From: Hyphochytrium catenoides
Lineage: Eukaryota; Protista; Hyphochytriomycota
NCBI GenBank assembly: GCA_900088475.1
Contig: FLMG01001623.1
Coordinates: 65,164-129,163 of the forward strand
DNA length: 64,000 nt
Direction of reading: 5' to 3'
The position numbers and the translations under genes were made by a program. Positions within the stretch are counted from its first letter, which is position 1, and each line of letters begins with the position of its first letter. The notes beneath the pieces were generated by a model. That model did no database searches and was not told the DNA's origin. It was given only the letters and a program-made list of their open reading frames with translations. Positions 50,733 to 62,794 of the stretch are shown in pieces.

Positions 50733-50945
50733 GTTGGTGTTGTAAACGCCTCATGCGGTATAGCGATTTCCAGGAATCTGGAGTCGCAGGCGGGAAGTTA
50801 GCACCGTGCGAGCAATGCGTACGGGTGGCAGTTGACTGCGGGTACTAAAGGCAGGGCGAAGGTGCAGACCGTTATGCGTGCGCCGGAGAGAGCGCGCAGT
50901 AACCTATTGCGAGAAACACGATATAGACTCTAACAGCAAAACATC
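50733..50945 (+). ncRNA. Candidate structured non-coding RNA of unassigned family
   Basis: Four consecutive stem-loops with G-U pairs that favour the + strand, plus possible long-range pairings (see findings). No family motif is matched completely. Confidence 0.3.
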
Positions 50946-52177
50946 GTCCTGCTAAAGTTTCTTGATCTTCTAGAGCTGTCTACAGCCACTTCCCACGGTG
51001 CCAATCGATCCAGCTTGACTCTCTAAACTCTTGCCCATCATGGACCAGACTTGTTGTATTATGTACTATCCTTTCTAGACTTCTACACTCTGGCCCCTTT
51101 TCTCTAAAAAGGAGGAGATGCTGCTTTAGTCGATGTAATTATGCGGTATACTCGCTTCCAGTGAGCCGGAGCTCTACTCAAGATATAAGCTATTTCGGTC
51201 TCTCACGACCTCTCCCTGCACAAAGAAGCCCACAATATTGGGCAGCGCTCCTCTCTTTCATCTTCTTGAATGTACGGAGTATTTTCTCATTAAGTGGGAA
51301 GGTACGGTTACTTCCAATCAACCCTAGCCCGGCCTATTATATCTCATGAGCAGCCCTCAGAAAACAGATAAGGTTCCTTTTGGTGATTAAATGACATCAT
51401 GAGGATAGAGTCTAAAGAAGTGACAAATAAGAAGCGAGCCCTCTGTGTCGCGTGTTAGTATGCTTCTGCTGCTTATTGCAGCGACTGCTAATGATAAGCT
51501 TATCAATGAAGTGTTGCTGGTTTTCAGCACCTACACTAATGACAAGCTCATGCACCTTTCTTTAGGGTCAGAAATATATCATTATTGCTGTTGGTGCCTC
51601 TTAGTTCTTCATCGAAGGTTTCTTTACTAAGCAATCATGAAGCTAAGAGCTCTACTCCCGGAGGATGTCTAGACAGTACCGATATTGCTACTTCTTGTAA
51701 AGCAATAGTTGTTGGGTGAAATCCTGGTTCTGTGGTGGCTTTATTATTACGACCGTCAAAGGGCACAATTGAAGAGAACTACGAAAGGCTGAAGATGTGC
51801 TGATGGCGGCGATCATCTTCAACCTTCTTCAACCGCTGTCATTCAGCATCTGTTGCCACTTCTGAGGATACTCATCTGCTGACAGCCTCTCAATAGTTCT
51901 CTCCTTTCGCCTAGTTAGCTGTTTGTTCTTCAGCGTGAGGACCAAGAGATTGGTCAGGACTCGTCAAGGGTGCAGAAGTTAAAGGTCTAATGGGAGGGAA
52001 GGCGTTCTCTTGGGCGTGATGAGTCCAGGTGTCAGTGACGAGGGTGTGTAACATATGCCTGAAGAGTACTTCTTTTGCTCTGAGAAGCCTGCCTTCTTGT
52101 GCCCGTTAGTCGAAATGTTAGGCTTCTATAATGAACGTGAGGTGATGTAGAAGGTCATTGTACTGACCGACACAGAG

Positions 52178-55100
52178 ATGGTGGCCGACACATACCTAAG
52201 GTTCTTGGTGGGGGTCTGTGGGCTCATCAATGTACAAGGCGGTAAGTGAGCTTATGTCCTTGTCTCTAATAGTGGCATCTGTGCTTTTCATTCGTCTTTT
52301 AACTCTTGGCCTCTTGTGATGCTTGGTCCTTGGACTATGTTGACGACAGGACCCATTACCCTGCCAGTACACTAAACATGCTCGAACGCTCTTCGGTGGC
52401 TTCGTTCCTCTTCTGCTGGCTTTTTGCACCTCATCGTCTCAACAACTTCCTACTGTCTTTCCTGACCCTTGTCCATCATCCCTTCCATTCTATTAGTAAA
52501 CTGGGCCCAGGTTAGCGGGCCCCAGCGTACAAATATCGCCACAGTGCACCCTACAGGGTGGAAGTCTCGCTGGGGTCACGCGGCAGTGGCCGTAGAGCTA
52601 ACGGCGGAGGAGGTGACCTTCACTCAGCAGAATAGCAGCATCTATATTATTGGAGGAGATAACCAACACTGGGCTGCAACGAAGACACACCTGGAGGTCG
52701 AGGCGTACCCCGGCGGGGAAGGCTACACTAACGATGTCTGGTCTAGCACAGGTGTAGGTGAGTTCTATTATAATGGAGTGGACTAATAAGCAAGGGAAAG
52801 GTCTTGTGGCCACATATGTCTTGAGGATAGAGAGAAGCAGCGCTGGCGAAACATAGTAACTCCCAAGAGAAAGCAAGCAAAGAGAAGAAAGCGTCATTCG
52901 TCGATAGAAGGGGACAAGCTAATCAATGCATCCTTCTGTCTCGCACAGAGTACTTTACTACCCTCAATCTGTTGGAGTCGACGGACTGGGGGGATCCAAT
53001 GCCACGAATGGTCTCTGTTAATCGCTGGATTCAGAAGAGCAAGGGAAAGGTTCCGCCTGGAACTGTGACCTACAATGATTGGATTGCATGTTCCCTCCTT
53101 CCGTTTGGCGTTCAGATCAACAACAATACCGAGGCATGTGCCGACACCACCCAGCCTCCTGGTTCCTACCTAGCTGATAACATGTTCTCTCCCCGTCGAT
53201 ACCACGCCGCAGTTGCAATTAGGCACCAGGTAAGGCATCGTGGGGGCCAGCCTTCCTAGGTCTACTCCTTTGATCTGTCTTTCTTCTCACTTGTAAACCT
53301 GATGCCGTAAGTTCCATGTGCCTCCTTTCGTACGCCTTTTCGCAGTGCAACTTCAGCTGCCATGGGTCACTCTGCCTGTTGATCTCTTTTAACATGGGTA
53401 ATCTTTCTTGGTGCCCTTCTTTGGAAAGATCTATGTCATGGGAGGTCGAGCGAGGGAGATGGAGTATTTCCGCGATGAGGACTCATACGGAGGAATTCTA
53501 GCGCCAGACCAGACGCGAAGAGCAAGGGAGAGGAGCGTACTTAAGAACGACGTATGGCTCAGCAGCACTGGAGGTATGTCCCTCGGGTCCGCTAACACCT
53601 CCTTCCTACTTGTTCGTGTTTGTTGTCCGGTTCGCAGTGTCAAGCACCCTACAACCATTTTTCACCTACAATGCCTTTTTCCTGAAGACACCCCCTCCGT
53701 CAATTTTTCCTTCTCTTCCCCAACTTTGACATCCACTTTTAGCTTCCCTGTGCTAAGGTTCTCTATATATCTTGTCGTTGGTTAAACAATCTGGCTTAGG
53801 CGACCGCTGGGTCCTCATACGCCCCGGATGCCGTTTTCCTGATGCTGCCCTGATATCACCCGGGACACGATTTGGAATATGTTTTGCAACCTCACAGTGC
53901 TTCGGAGACGAGGTATGCGTCCTACCAGAAAAGGGGGGCCCCGGCTTCTGTGCATGTGGCGATCGGATATGGAGTCCCAGGGAGCAGCACAGTGTAGCCG
54001 TATTCAACGGCAAGATATACGTGGCGGGCGGCTATACCTTCGTTTATAAGCAAATTTGTGGGGGCGAAAGCGCTACTTCAGGGCGAGGTAGGAGTGTCAA
54101 CTTACTTCTTCTCTTCCTGTCTTTCCTTCAAGGGCAACTGCTTCTCTACCTCCTTTCCCTCTCATAGAGTTGACGTCCAATCTAGTTGCTCCAATCCAGG
54201 AGAAATAGTGTTGTCTGTGCTACCTTGTTTCCTGCTGATCTACCTTATTTCATGCTGATCTCATCGACCTCGGCCTCTTTCCACGTTGATAGGGTTGAGT
54301 TTTCCTTGTTCTGACATAGTATTGGTCCAATGCAGGTGTCCCACGATATCGCTGCGGCGGCCAGTATCCTCACTACTTAAATGATGTGTGGAGCTCGCCC
54401 AATGGAGCACTTTGGACCAAGGAAGTTGAGAGGGCTGATTGGGCTCCCAGAGCTCTACATGGGATGGCTGCTTTCCAGAATAATCTGTATATTATGGCAG
54501 GCTTTCAAGGGGGATCGAAAGGTTGGCGAATTCCGTTTATAACTGATCTAGTGCTCCTTCTGCTTCAACCAGAGACCCTACACCCCTTCATATCCTATAA
54601 GGCTTTTGGACTATTATACCCGGGCAATAGCATGCAATGTCTTGGCCCTTTAGTCTCTTTCTTCAAGGGGACTGTCAGCCAATACTTCGTTATTAAGTTT
54701 AGCTTTGTACCGGTAGATGAACCAGACAGTTATTTCAATGACGTTTGGCGGAGCTCGGACGGAGTGACGTGGACGCGAATGACAGAGCCCGCATGGAGTC
54801 CTCGATCAGACTTTAAGGTCAGTTGTGTCTGATCTCGGTGGTCTGAGATCCGTCCAGCTGGATGGTTGCCACAGAAGATATTCCATACCTTCTGTTATAT
54901 CAGTTGACCTTATGACTTTCAATTTTGCTTACGTCAGGCCCTGGCTGTTGCAAAAGGCTCGAGCACGGAGTTGTTAGTTATGGGTGGCACAACTGGTGAC
55001 CATTTGCTGAATGATGTCTGGAGCTGGAGCGGAGTAGAGAAGGATCCATGGCTGCTTGACTACGGTCCTGCTTCCAGCTCTAGGGAGTATGTTGCCGCTA

Positions 55101-57261
55101 ATAGCCAGGTAAAAAGCCAAGATACATGACAGGAGAGAATACGACAGATGTCTTGAATCGACTAGGAAGAGAGAGTGGACATTTGGGCATTCTCTATATG
55201 TTTGCTTTCTGAGTTCGTGAACTTATTTCTCCAGATGTCTATTCTGGTAAAGCTGCGCTCTGGAGAGGCTAAGAAGCTCGCGTCTCAAAACTTGACGACT
55301 GTTGGCGAATTGGCAACAGCTAATAGGTCAGCCGTACTGCCGATCAGGAACAGAACCAGGGTTTGCGACTACAAGATGCTGGCCATGAGCATGATGGATA
55401 AGTGCACGTAAGAGGAAAAGACCCTTCTTCTCTTCAGGTGTCACTTCATAGTCGTCCACCTCTAGAATGCCCTTGTTTACAGCGACGAAGCTTGCACCCT
55501 GACTCTCGGTATAGCACGTCGTCATCCTTGTAGCTGCACCTACCTTCTAGTTTTTCCCTCATTCTGCAGGGTGCTCATTGAGATCAATGTGATCTCAACT
55601 GAATACTGGGTATTCCGTATAGCCTCCCCTCTCGTTTCCTCGCTGACATTCTTCATGTGTCAGTATCAAGCCCATTCTTCCTGATGGTTATGAGTACAAG
55701 AATCTTCAAATTGTGGACGGTGGCATGCCTCCAGCTCCCTCGCAGGCAGACCTGGATAAAGAAGCCATCAGAAACTGGGATGGTTGTCAACAAATTTTAA
55801 CAAAGATAATCAGTCTTCAAGGGACCATGGTCTGGCCAAAAGTGAATGGCGTTGAGCAGGTAATCATAAGCAAACTAAGGCTCTATTCTTGAGATGTGAC
55901 CAGACGGACCTTCTCGTCGTCTTTGGGCATCACTTTCAACTCTTCGTTCTCTCTGTTAACAGTGTTTCTCCAGGCGGAAGTCTATGTAACCCGTCTCATC
56001 AGTACACTCTAACCCCTGTTGCTTCGAAATGAACGTACAGATGGAGAAGCTGGAGGACCCCATTCCAGCAACCAAAGAAAAAATTTGTAAATGGGAGATC
56101 AGTCCGCGCAAGGGCTTCGCAGCGGCAGTGTACAATGGCTCCGCTTGGGTGCTGGGCGGGTTTGCGGGAGACCAAAGCTATTTGAACGACGTCTGGTACA
56201 GAGGTGGGTCCAACTGCCAAGTCTTCTCTTTGTGATTGGTCCGCTGCTAGCCGCTTCTTAGAGTTTCATCTTCCATTTGCTTAGGGTTTCTTTCCTTTCC
56301 TCTCTTTCTCTCTCTGTTCTCTCTCTCTCCCTCTCTCTCTCTCTCTTGCTTTCATCTCGCTACCTCTTCCTCTCTAACGCCTGCTTTACTACACTCTTGA
56401 TATCCTTGGTGTCTGCAGACAACAGGCACCCAGTCACTACTATTCCTGTAAAACCAGACACACTCACGTATGACTTACACTTTGAGTTTGCTTGTGATAA
56501 GCCTATCTGCTTATACGAGTACCAAGTACTTGACAGCATTGAGATGGTTATGGTAAGGAGGGGATGAGCACCTTTGAACAGGATTGTGGTGTCCCGTAAC
56601 GATTAAAAAGGCAAGGAGTTGAAGAGAGAATTCATAGGATGGGAAGAGGAGAGAGAAAAAGGGGGAAGTAGGGCAAAGAGTGAAAGAGAAGAAAGAGACG
56701 GAAGATTATTCCAAAGAGCGAGGAGAGAGACGGAAAGCATATATTTTGACATCTCTTTCCGCTGTCCGTCAGCTCCGAAATTGGACCCCCTCTATTGGTA
56801 AGGAAGATCTTACTTGGTTACCAAGCGGAACCCACACGATTTCGGTTAGAGCCTTTGACCCTGCTGGAAACTATGACACAAGCTTGGAGCTTGGCAGGAA
56901 TGTCTACACTTGGGTCTACGTTCCCAAACTTCCCTGGACGTATATTGCCCTAGGCATCGTGGGCTTTATTATACTGCTCATTGCAATATTCCTGGAATGG
57001 AGAAGAAGGAGAAGAAAGAGAGCAATGGAACGGTACGCCATGAAGCGGATGCGTAGAAAGCTCAAGGCCGAGCAGCGCAAGGGAAAAGGTGGCAAGCCTG
57101 AAGACTGGAAAAAGGCATATAACGATGCCAAGGACAAAGATGGCAAGAAGAAGAAAAAGAAGAAGAAAGATGCCCAAAAAGGCGGTTCAAAGATAGCCCC
57201 TGGAGATGCGCCCGAGAGTCCGAAGAAAAAGAAGAAAGCTGAGAGCAAGAAGGATAAGTAA
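52178..57261 (+). CDS. Single-pass membrane protein: Kelch-like beta-propeller repeats with a Cys-rich insert, Ig-like domain, TM helix and Lys-rich tail; 5' end uncertain
   Basis: Repeated NDVW(S/R/L/Y) and W/F-x-P-R-x-x-H...IY(I/V)xGG units. Insert CFATSQCFGDEVC...CACG. Ig-like segment PVTTIPVKP...FEFAC...GTHTISVRAFDPAGNYD. TM YIALGIVGFIILLIAIFL is followed by RRRRRKR and poly-K, with stop at 57259-57261. Confidence 0.8.
56289..56375. repeat. Intronic (CT)n tract
   Basis: CT dinucleotide-rich run inside an intron of the Kelch-like gene. Confidence 0.8.
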
Positions 57262-57874
57262 ACGCGGTCAATATGTCAAGTTCACGCTGCTAGACGGACT
57301 GCAAGCGAAAGGATAAAGGCAGGAGCTAAGGATCCTTCATGCAGCTTCCGGATCTCCTTCCGCACATCGCATCACAGAGTTCATTGCGACTCTTCTCACT
57401 GCTCTTCTGCCGCTTGCTCGCGGTCTGTCTGTCTCCGTGCATGGCTTTCTGATGGATGAAGTTCATCTTCTGCGCTGTGTCCAGGCCGCTGACAATGGGA
57501 ATGCGAAAGGACACACTATCCATGGGAATTGGAACTTCCTTCACTGTCCGTAGACCTTCGTGCTGGCCATCTCTAAGCATCTGGTATAATGTTGGCTCTT
57601 TATACAGAATAATATCCTTTGCTCAATGAAACTGTGAGTGGCTCCTTGTGGACATTTGACGCCTATTCAGAACAGTAGCGTCGATTGATGGCTGCACACG
57701 TTTTGATGGGCCGCTCCAATTGTTCAAATAATGCGAAGAATAATCCATGGAGCAACCGTCGCAGTGTGTCAGTGCCCGGTTGATTGGTCTTAATTTCGGA
57801 TGCGAAGGGAAAGGAAACAGTGTTGAGCTCATGGCCAGTCAGAGGAGAAGAGAAGCCAACCAAACAGACAAACC

Positions 57875-58155
57875 TTGCCTCCCCTTTCAACCACTCTGTC
57901 TCCCTTCTGTCTCTCAACCTTCTCTATCTCTTACCCTCTCTTACTCACCTTTTCTCCTCCTTTTCCACAGAAAGCTTCCTCCTCTCGTCCTTCCTCTGTC
58001 TTGTACATGACTATGTCTCTCCCCCCTCGCCTCAATCACTCTCTCTCTCTCTTCTTCTTCCCTTCTCTCACGGTAAAAAGCGCTCAGCCATTCCCACCCT
58101 TCCCTTCGCTCTCTTCCATCTCCTCATCGCTTGCCCTCGTCTTCTTCTGTTCCAC
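57875..58155. repeat. Polypyrimidine low-complexity tract upstream of eIF4G
   Basis: About 280 nt strongly C/T-biased on the + strand, with (CT)n runs. Confidence 0.7.
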
Positions 58156-58807
58156 GCCCATCGATTGATTCGCTGTCAGCCCTCAACCTCTAGGAGCAAG
58201 CCAAGGCTTGGCTTTCTTTAGCGCGATCCTGAGCGATCGGAGCTTGGCGCAAGAGTATAGAGCAATTGCACCTCTAGAGAGCCTTAGCGTAAGGGTGGCC
58301 GCCACCTGCCCGGAGTCTGGGAGACGCCTGAAGCGGTGCGAGAAGCTGCCAAAACTGCAGCGAATTTGCCCTTTTGTTTGTTCGTGTCTAGTGACCCTAC
58401 GCCTCTTCGCTGCGTTGGCGAATGAGGAGTAGCGCTACCCAGTGCATTGAGATCGTCGTCACTGCAGGTCGAGGACCTCATAAGGTGGCTCAATCTTTGG
58501 GGGTGGGCTCCATAATTAGTCAGAGACTATCCTGATAGGAAGAGAAGGCTCGAAGCTGCATTATTGTAAGTCTCAATCTCAGATTGCGATCGCGGAGGAA
58601 GCAAAGAGACAACTTTAGGGTAGAGCGAGGAACTCGTCTCAGCGAGCGCAAACGTAATTGGAAGAGTCGCCTTACGTGTCCTTCCCTCCTTTCTTCTCCT
58701 TGGTTCTTAGCATGGATTGTGGCCCAGTCGTACACCTCCTTCTCACATCCTCTTGCATCCTCTCTCTGGGGCGTTAACCTTAGTTTACGCTGCGGGAAGC
58801 CCTAAGC

Positions 58808-61800
58808 ATGGGAGAACGCTCCACAGGCTCAACAACCGCGAGCCCCAAACCGCATCTCAACCCTAATGCTGCTGCCTGGACCCCTCCGAGCGTAAAGATG
58901 ACAGCAACACCCTCTGCCGCAGCAGAAAATGCGCCATCCACACCAGGAGCGAAGAGCTCGCCCTCTCCTTCGACAAAGAAAGCGCTTACTTTCAAGCCTA
59001 GTCCTGGTGCCAAAGAGTTTGTCCCACGCTTCACGGCGCCGATCTATATCCCTCAAGGTGGGGAAAGGAACTCCTGACAGTCGGGATTTTGGTTCTGCAT
59101 CCTCCACTCTCTATGTGTGCCATCATCTATGCGCCTACCAACGTCGCGTCAGCTTGTCTTGGCTACGTTCTACTACTCCTCCTGTACCACCCATCTCCCT
59201 GACTCCTTACCGCAGTTCTTCCTATTTGTCTCATAGTGTGTTGCCGTGTTCTCTCCAGGCGCGATGTCGACTGGCGCTGTTGCGCCGATGACTCCTACAC
59301 AGGAGTTTTCATTTACGGTTGAAAAGTCGACACCCCAGCAGACGCCGAAAAGTGTCAAAAGCAGCTCCAAGAATCATGTTACGTCACCGCTCTCTCGGTC
59401 TTCTCCTCCTGTCCCTTCTCCTGGACTCCATTTCACAGTTGGAGAGGTGGAGATAGCTGTTGCAGACATGGGAAAAGACAGTGTGCAGGCAGCTGACACT
59501 GAGCCGGAGACGAACAATGTGAGGGAGAATGGTGTCTCACATTCGCCACGCAAGAGTACAGAGACTAAGCAGCTAGATGGAACTCCCATGAAGGAAGAGA
59601 AGGACGCTGCCGTTCAAAAAGACGTGGTGGCGTTACACTCGGAAGGGATGCAGGATGGACAGTCATCAAAGGAGACAGTAGTGGCTAGCTCTGCCAAAAA
59701 ACAGTCAAGACAATGGAAGAGGAAGGATATGGAAGAAGAGGAGGAGCTAGAAGAGGGAGAGATCAGGGAACAGAAGCAGCCACAGGACGCCTCTCCAAGC
59801 TGGAGAAAGTCAACAACCAAATCTACCGCAACTGCGTCATCTTATCGGTATACTATTCAGGAGCTGTTCGATCTACGGTCCTTCCGCGTCACTTGTCCTG
59901 ACATGCTAAAGAAGGCTCCTTGCTACATCGGAGCAGAGTTGCCGGCCGAGGACGATAGGGCCGGCAAAAAAAGGCGGGGAGGTGGAGGAGAGAGAGGGAA
60001 GCATTCACGACATAACCGTGACCCTTCTCCTCCTCCAGAACCCTTTGAACCAGTACCAACCAACGAGGAGACCCGCTGGGTACCTTCGATACAAAAGAGA
60101 GCAAGAGGAGCTGAAGCAGAAGAGGACAGCTCTCTCCAGATCATAAAGAAGGCCAAGAGTATCCTCAATCGTCTTTCCATTGAAAAGTTTGACAAGCTTT
60201 CCAATGAGTTTGTTCACGTGGGTATCAGGGACGAGGAGCTTCTGGGTAACGTGATCAGGATTATAGTTGAGAAAGCGCAGATGGAGTGGCACTTTTCGGA
60301 GATGTATGCTAATCTCTGCCTTCTTCTATCTTCTACCCCTCTCCCTGGGGTACAAGAGAAAGAAGATGGCGTGTTCCGACGTCTTCTCCTCGTTCAGTGC
60401 CAGACAGAGTTTGAGAGAGAAGACGAGGAGATCAAGGACCTGGAAGGGTTGTCCCCCGATGAGCGAATGGAGAAAGAGCTCACTGTCAAGAGAAAGTCGT
60501 TGGGACACATCAGGTTTATTGGAGAGCTCTATAAGAAGGGACTGCTCGCTCCCAAGATCCTGCACAACTGCATTGTACTTCTATTTGGAGACATAGAAGA
60601 ACCAGATGAGGAGAGTATTGAGTGTCTGTGCAAGCTTCTCACCACAGTAGGGGAGAGACTGGAGGCATCGCCGAATGCTATAGCGAACGAGAAGAAGAGA
60701 TCAAACACTAGGGAGGCGATCCAAACCTATTTCTCTCTTCTGCGACAGCTGGCTGAACAGAAGAAGCTTAGTACAAGGGTACGCTTTATGATTCAGGACC
60801 TCCTAGAACTGAGACAAAATTCCTGGATTGCTAGAAGAAAGGAAGAGAAAGCCAAGACTATCGCTGAGGTGCGAGAGGAAGCTGCGAGAGACCAGGATCG
60901 GCGGGCAGCACCGTCCACGTCTGCTTCTTCTCAGTTGGAAAGACGACCTTCATCTTCCGCGTTCATGCGCAGTAACTCACAAGACGCCAGGTTTGGGGAT
61001 GATGGTGAGGGCTGGGAGACAGTCGGGGGTAATAAGGGCAAAAGAGGTGGTTCTTCGGGGAGACAAGGACCAGATGAAGGGAGATATGGCGGCTCGCGGA
61101 AACCCTTCTCGTCAGGCAATAGAGGAACGAGTGACAATGTCAACCGTCCTCCAAATCTTAGAAGAGGCAGCAGCGCTAACACGGAAAGGACAAATGGCGG
61201 CTATCTACGGAAAGAACCTTTGTTTAGGTCCACATCCGTTGCTGGATTAGAGAAGATTAGGGTGGATCGCAGAGAAGAGAAACGAGGAGACCAAAGAGGC
61301 ACCGGAGAGAACGCTAGGCGGCAAGGAGCCAACAGAAAGGTTGCAGGAGCACCTCCTGTGTATCGTAGAAACGAGAGCACACAGTCCTCTGAGGAGCAGA
61401 AGCCAATAGAAGAGAAGCCTTCCCAAGAGCTGAGCAAGGTAGAGTTCAAGAGGAAGGCATCTGCCTTACTGCTGGAGTACTTCGTAGGGGGCGACATTGC
61501 GGAGGCTGTCACATGTGTGCGGGAGTTACAGTCACCCTCACTTCACCCGGAGTTCATTGTCCTTTCTCTAAACTTAGTGATGGAGAAGGGAGACAAAGAT
61601 AGAGATCTTCTCTCTTCTCTTCTCGCTCAGCTAGTGGAGGACGGCGTCTTCGGCAAGGAGGACACGGTTATCGCTGGTTTCAAAGATATATTGGAGTTCC
61701 TCGAGGACGTCGAATTGGATGTCCCTAAGGCGGTAGAGTATATGGGCCAGGTACTCTCTTCGCTGGTCGTAAGAGAGGTTATTGGAATGAAAGACATCAT

Positions 61801-62014
61801 CGCTATCTTGAGCGACTTCTCCTATGGCGGGAACAAGGCCGCGGAGTTGGTGATACAGACGTTGTCTTCTATTCGGAAGACTGAGGGCAATGAAAGAGTT
61901 GAAGGAGCTCTTGTAGAGGTGAAGGCAGACCTCCCCTCGCTGATGTCTGAAGACAAGTCAGTCGAAGCAGTTGATGCGCTAATGGCCAGTAGAGGTTTAA
62001 ATCTCTCCTGTTGA
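58808..62014 (+). CDS. EIF4G: Eukaryotic translation initiation factor 4G (MIF4G + MA3), two exons (intron 59058-59258)
   Basis: eIF4E-binding YxxxxL-phi motif YTIQELF. MIF4G: KSILNRLSIEKFDKL, FSEMYANLC, FRRLLLVQCQTEFE, LGHIRFIGELYK, ECLCKLLTTVG, RVRFMIQDLLELR. MA3: LLLEYF...EAVTCVREL...ELDVPKA. Confidence 0.93.
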
Positions 62015-62794
62015 GAGTGATGTCCATCGAAGGAACCCCTTCAGCCGACAGAAGGTTGGATCGGCCTTCCTTGCGCTCGGCTTCGCTCTCTTTTGGTTGG
62101 GGTTTGGGCTGCACAAGCAGTCCGGGCCTACCTCAGTCTATTTAAGTTCTGTTCCAGTCTGTTACATCCAGCTCTTCCGATGCCTCTTATCGACTACTAT
62201 GGCCTTGCGGCGTGCCCTGCTCTGATCGTTTACTTCTCCACGCTGAGGTGATGAGCTTCCCGCAAAGCTTCGTGCCAGGCTTCTGAAGGTCAAGTGTCTG
62301 GAGGGGTAGGTCATGGATGTGAGGATGGTTGTATAGCGGAAGTAGGTCTTGGATGTGAGGATCTTTTTATGGCGGAGGAGCTGTTCTCGAGACCTCACAT
62401 TCAAATAAGTTCAATGGAAGAAAGTTAATGCACCATCATGCTAGGCGCTTTCTAGGCACCCACTGACCAACAGTGCCACCTTCCTTTTGTGCCACCTCGT
62501 ACTCACTGTTTACATCCTAGCCAACGCTCTCAGTATCCTTTAAGAAATTCAACACCATCGACGTAGGGTCCCCTATGTAGCCTACCTCCTTCAACCATAG
62601 TTGTAACACTTTCTCCTAACCACGGACCTTTCTACTTCTAAACGTTAATAGGCTTGAAAGGAAGTCCTTTGTACCTCTAGTGGGTTACACGTGGTAGATG
62701 AGATTCATTATCGTCACATCTAAATGCAGCTTAGTGCCGCCTTGCTCTAACTATCAGATTACTGGGCATAACTTTGGGCCTTGGCTCCTATTAT

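Noticed and set aside
57326-57832. Minus-strand short ORFs between the Kelch-like gene and eIF4G
   Set aside because: No recognisable motifs and no convincing splice model; probably UTR or intergenic sequence.
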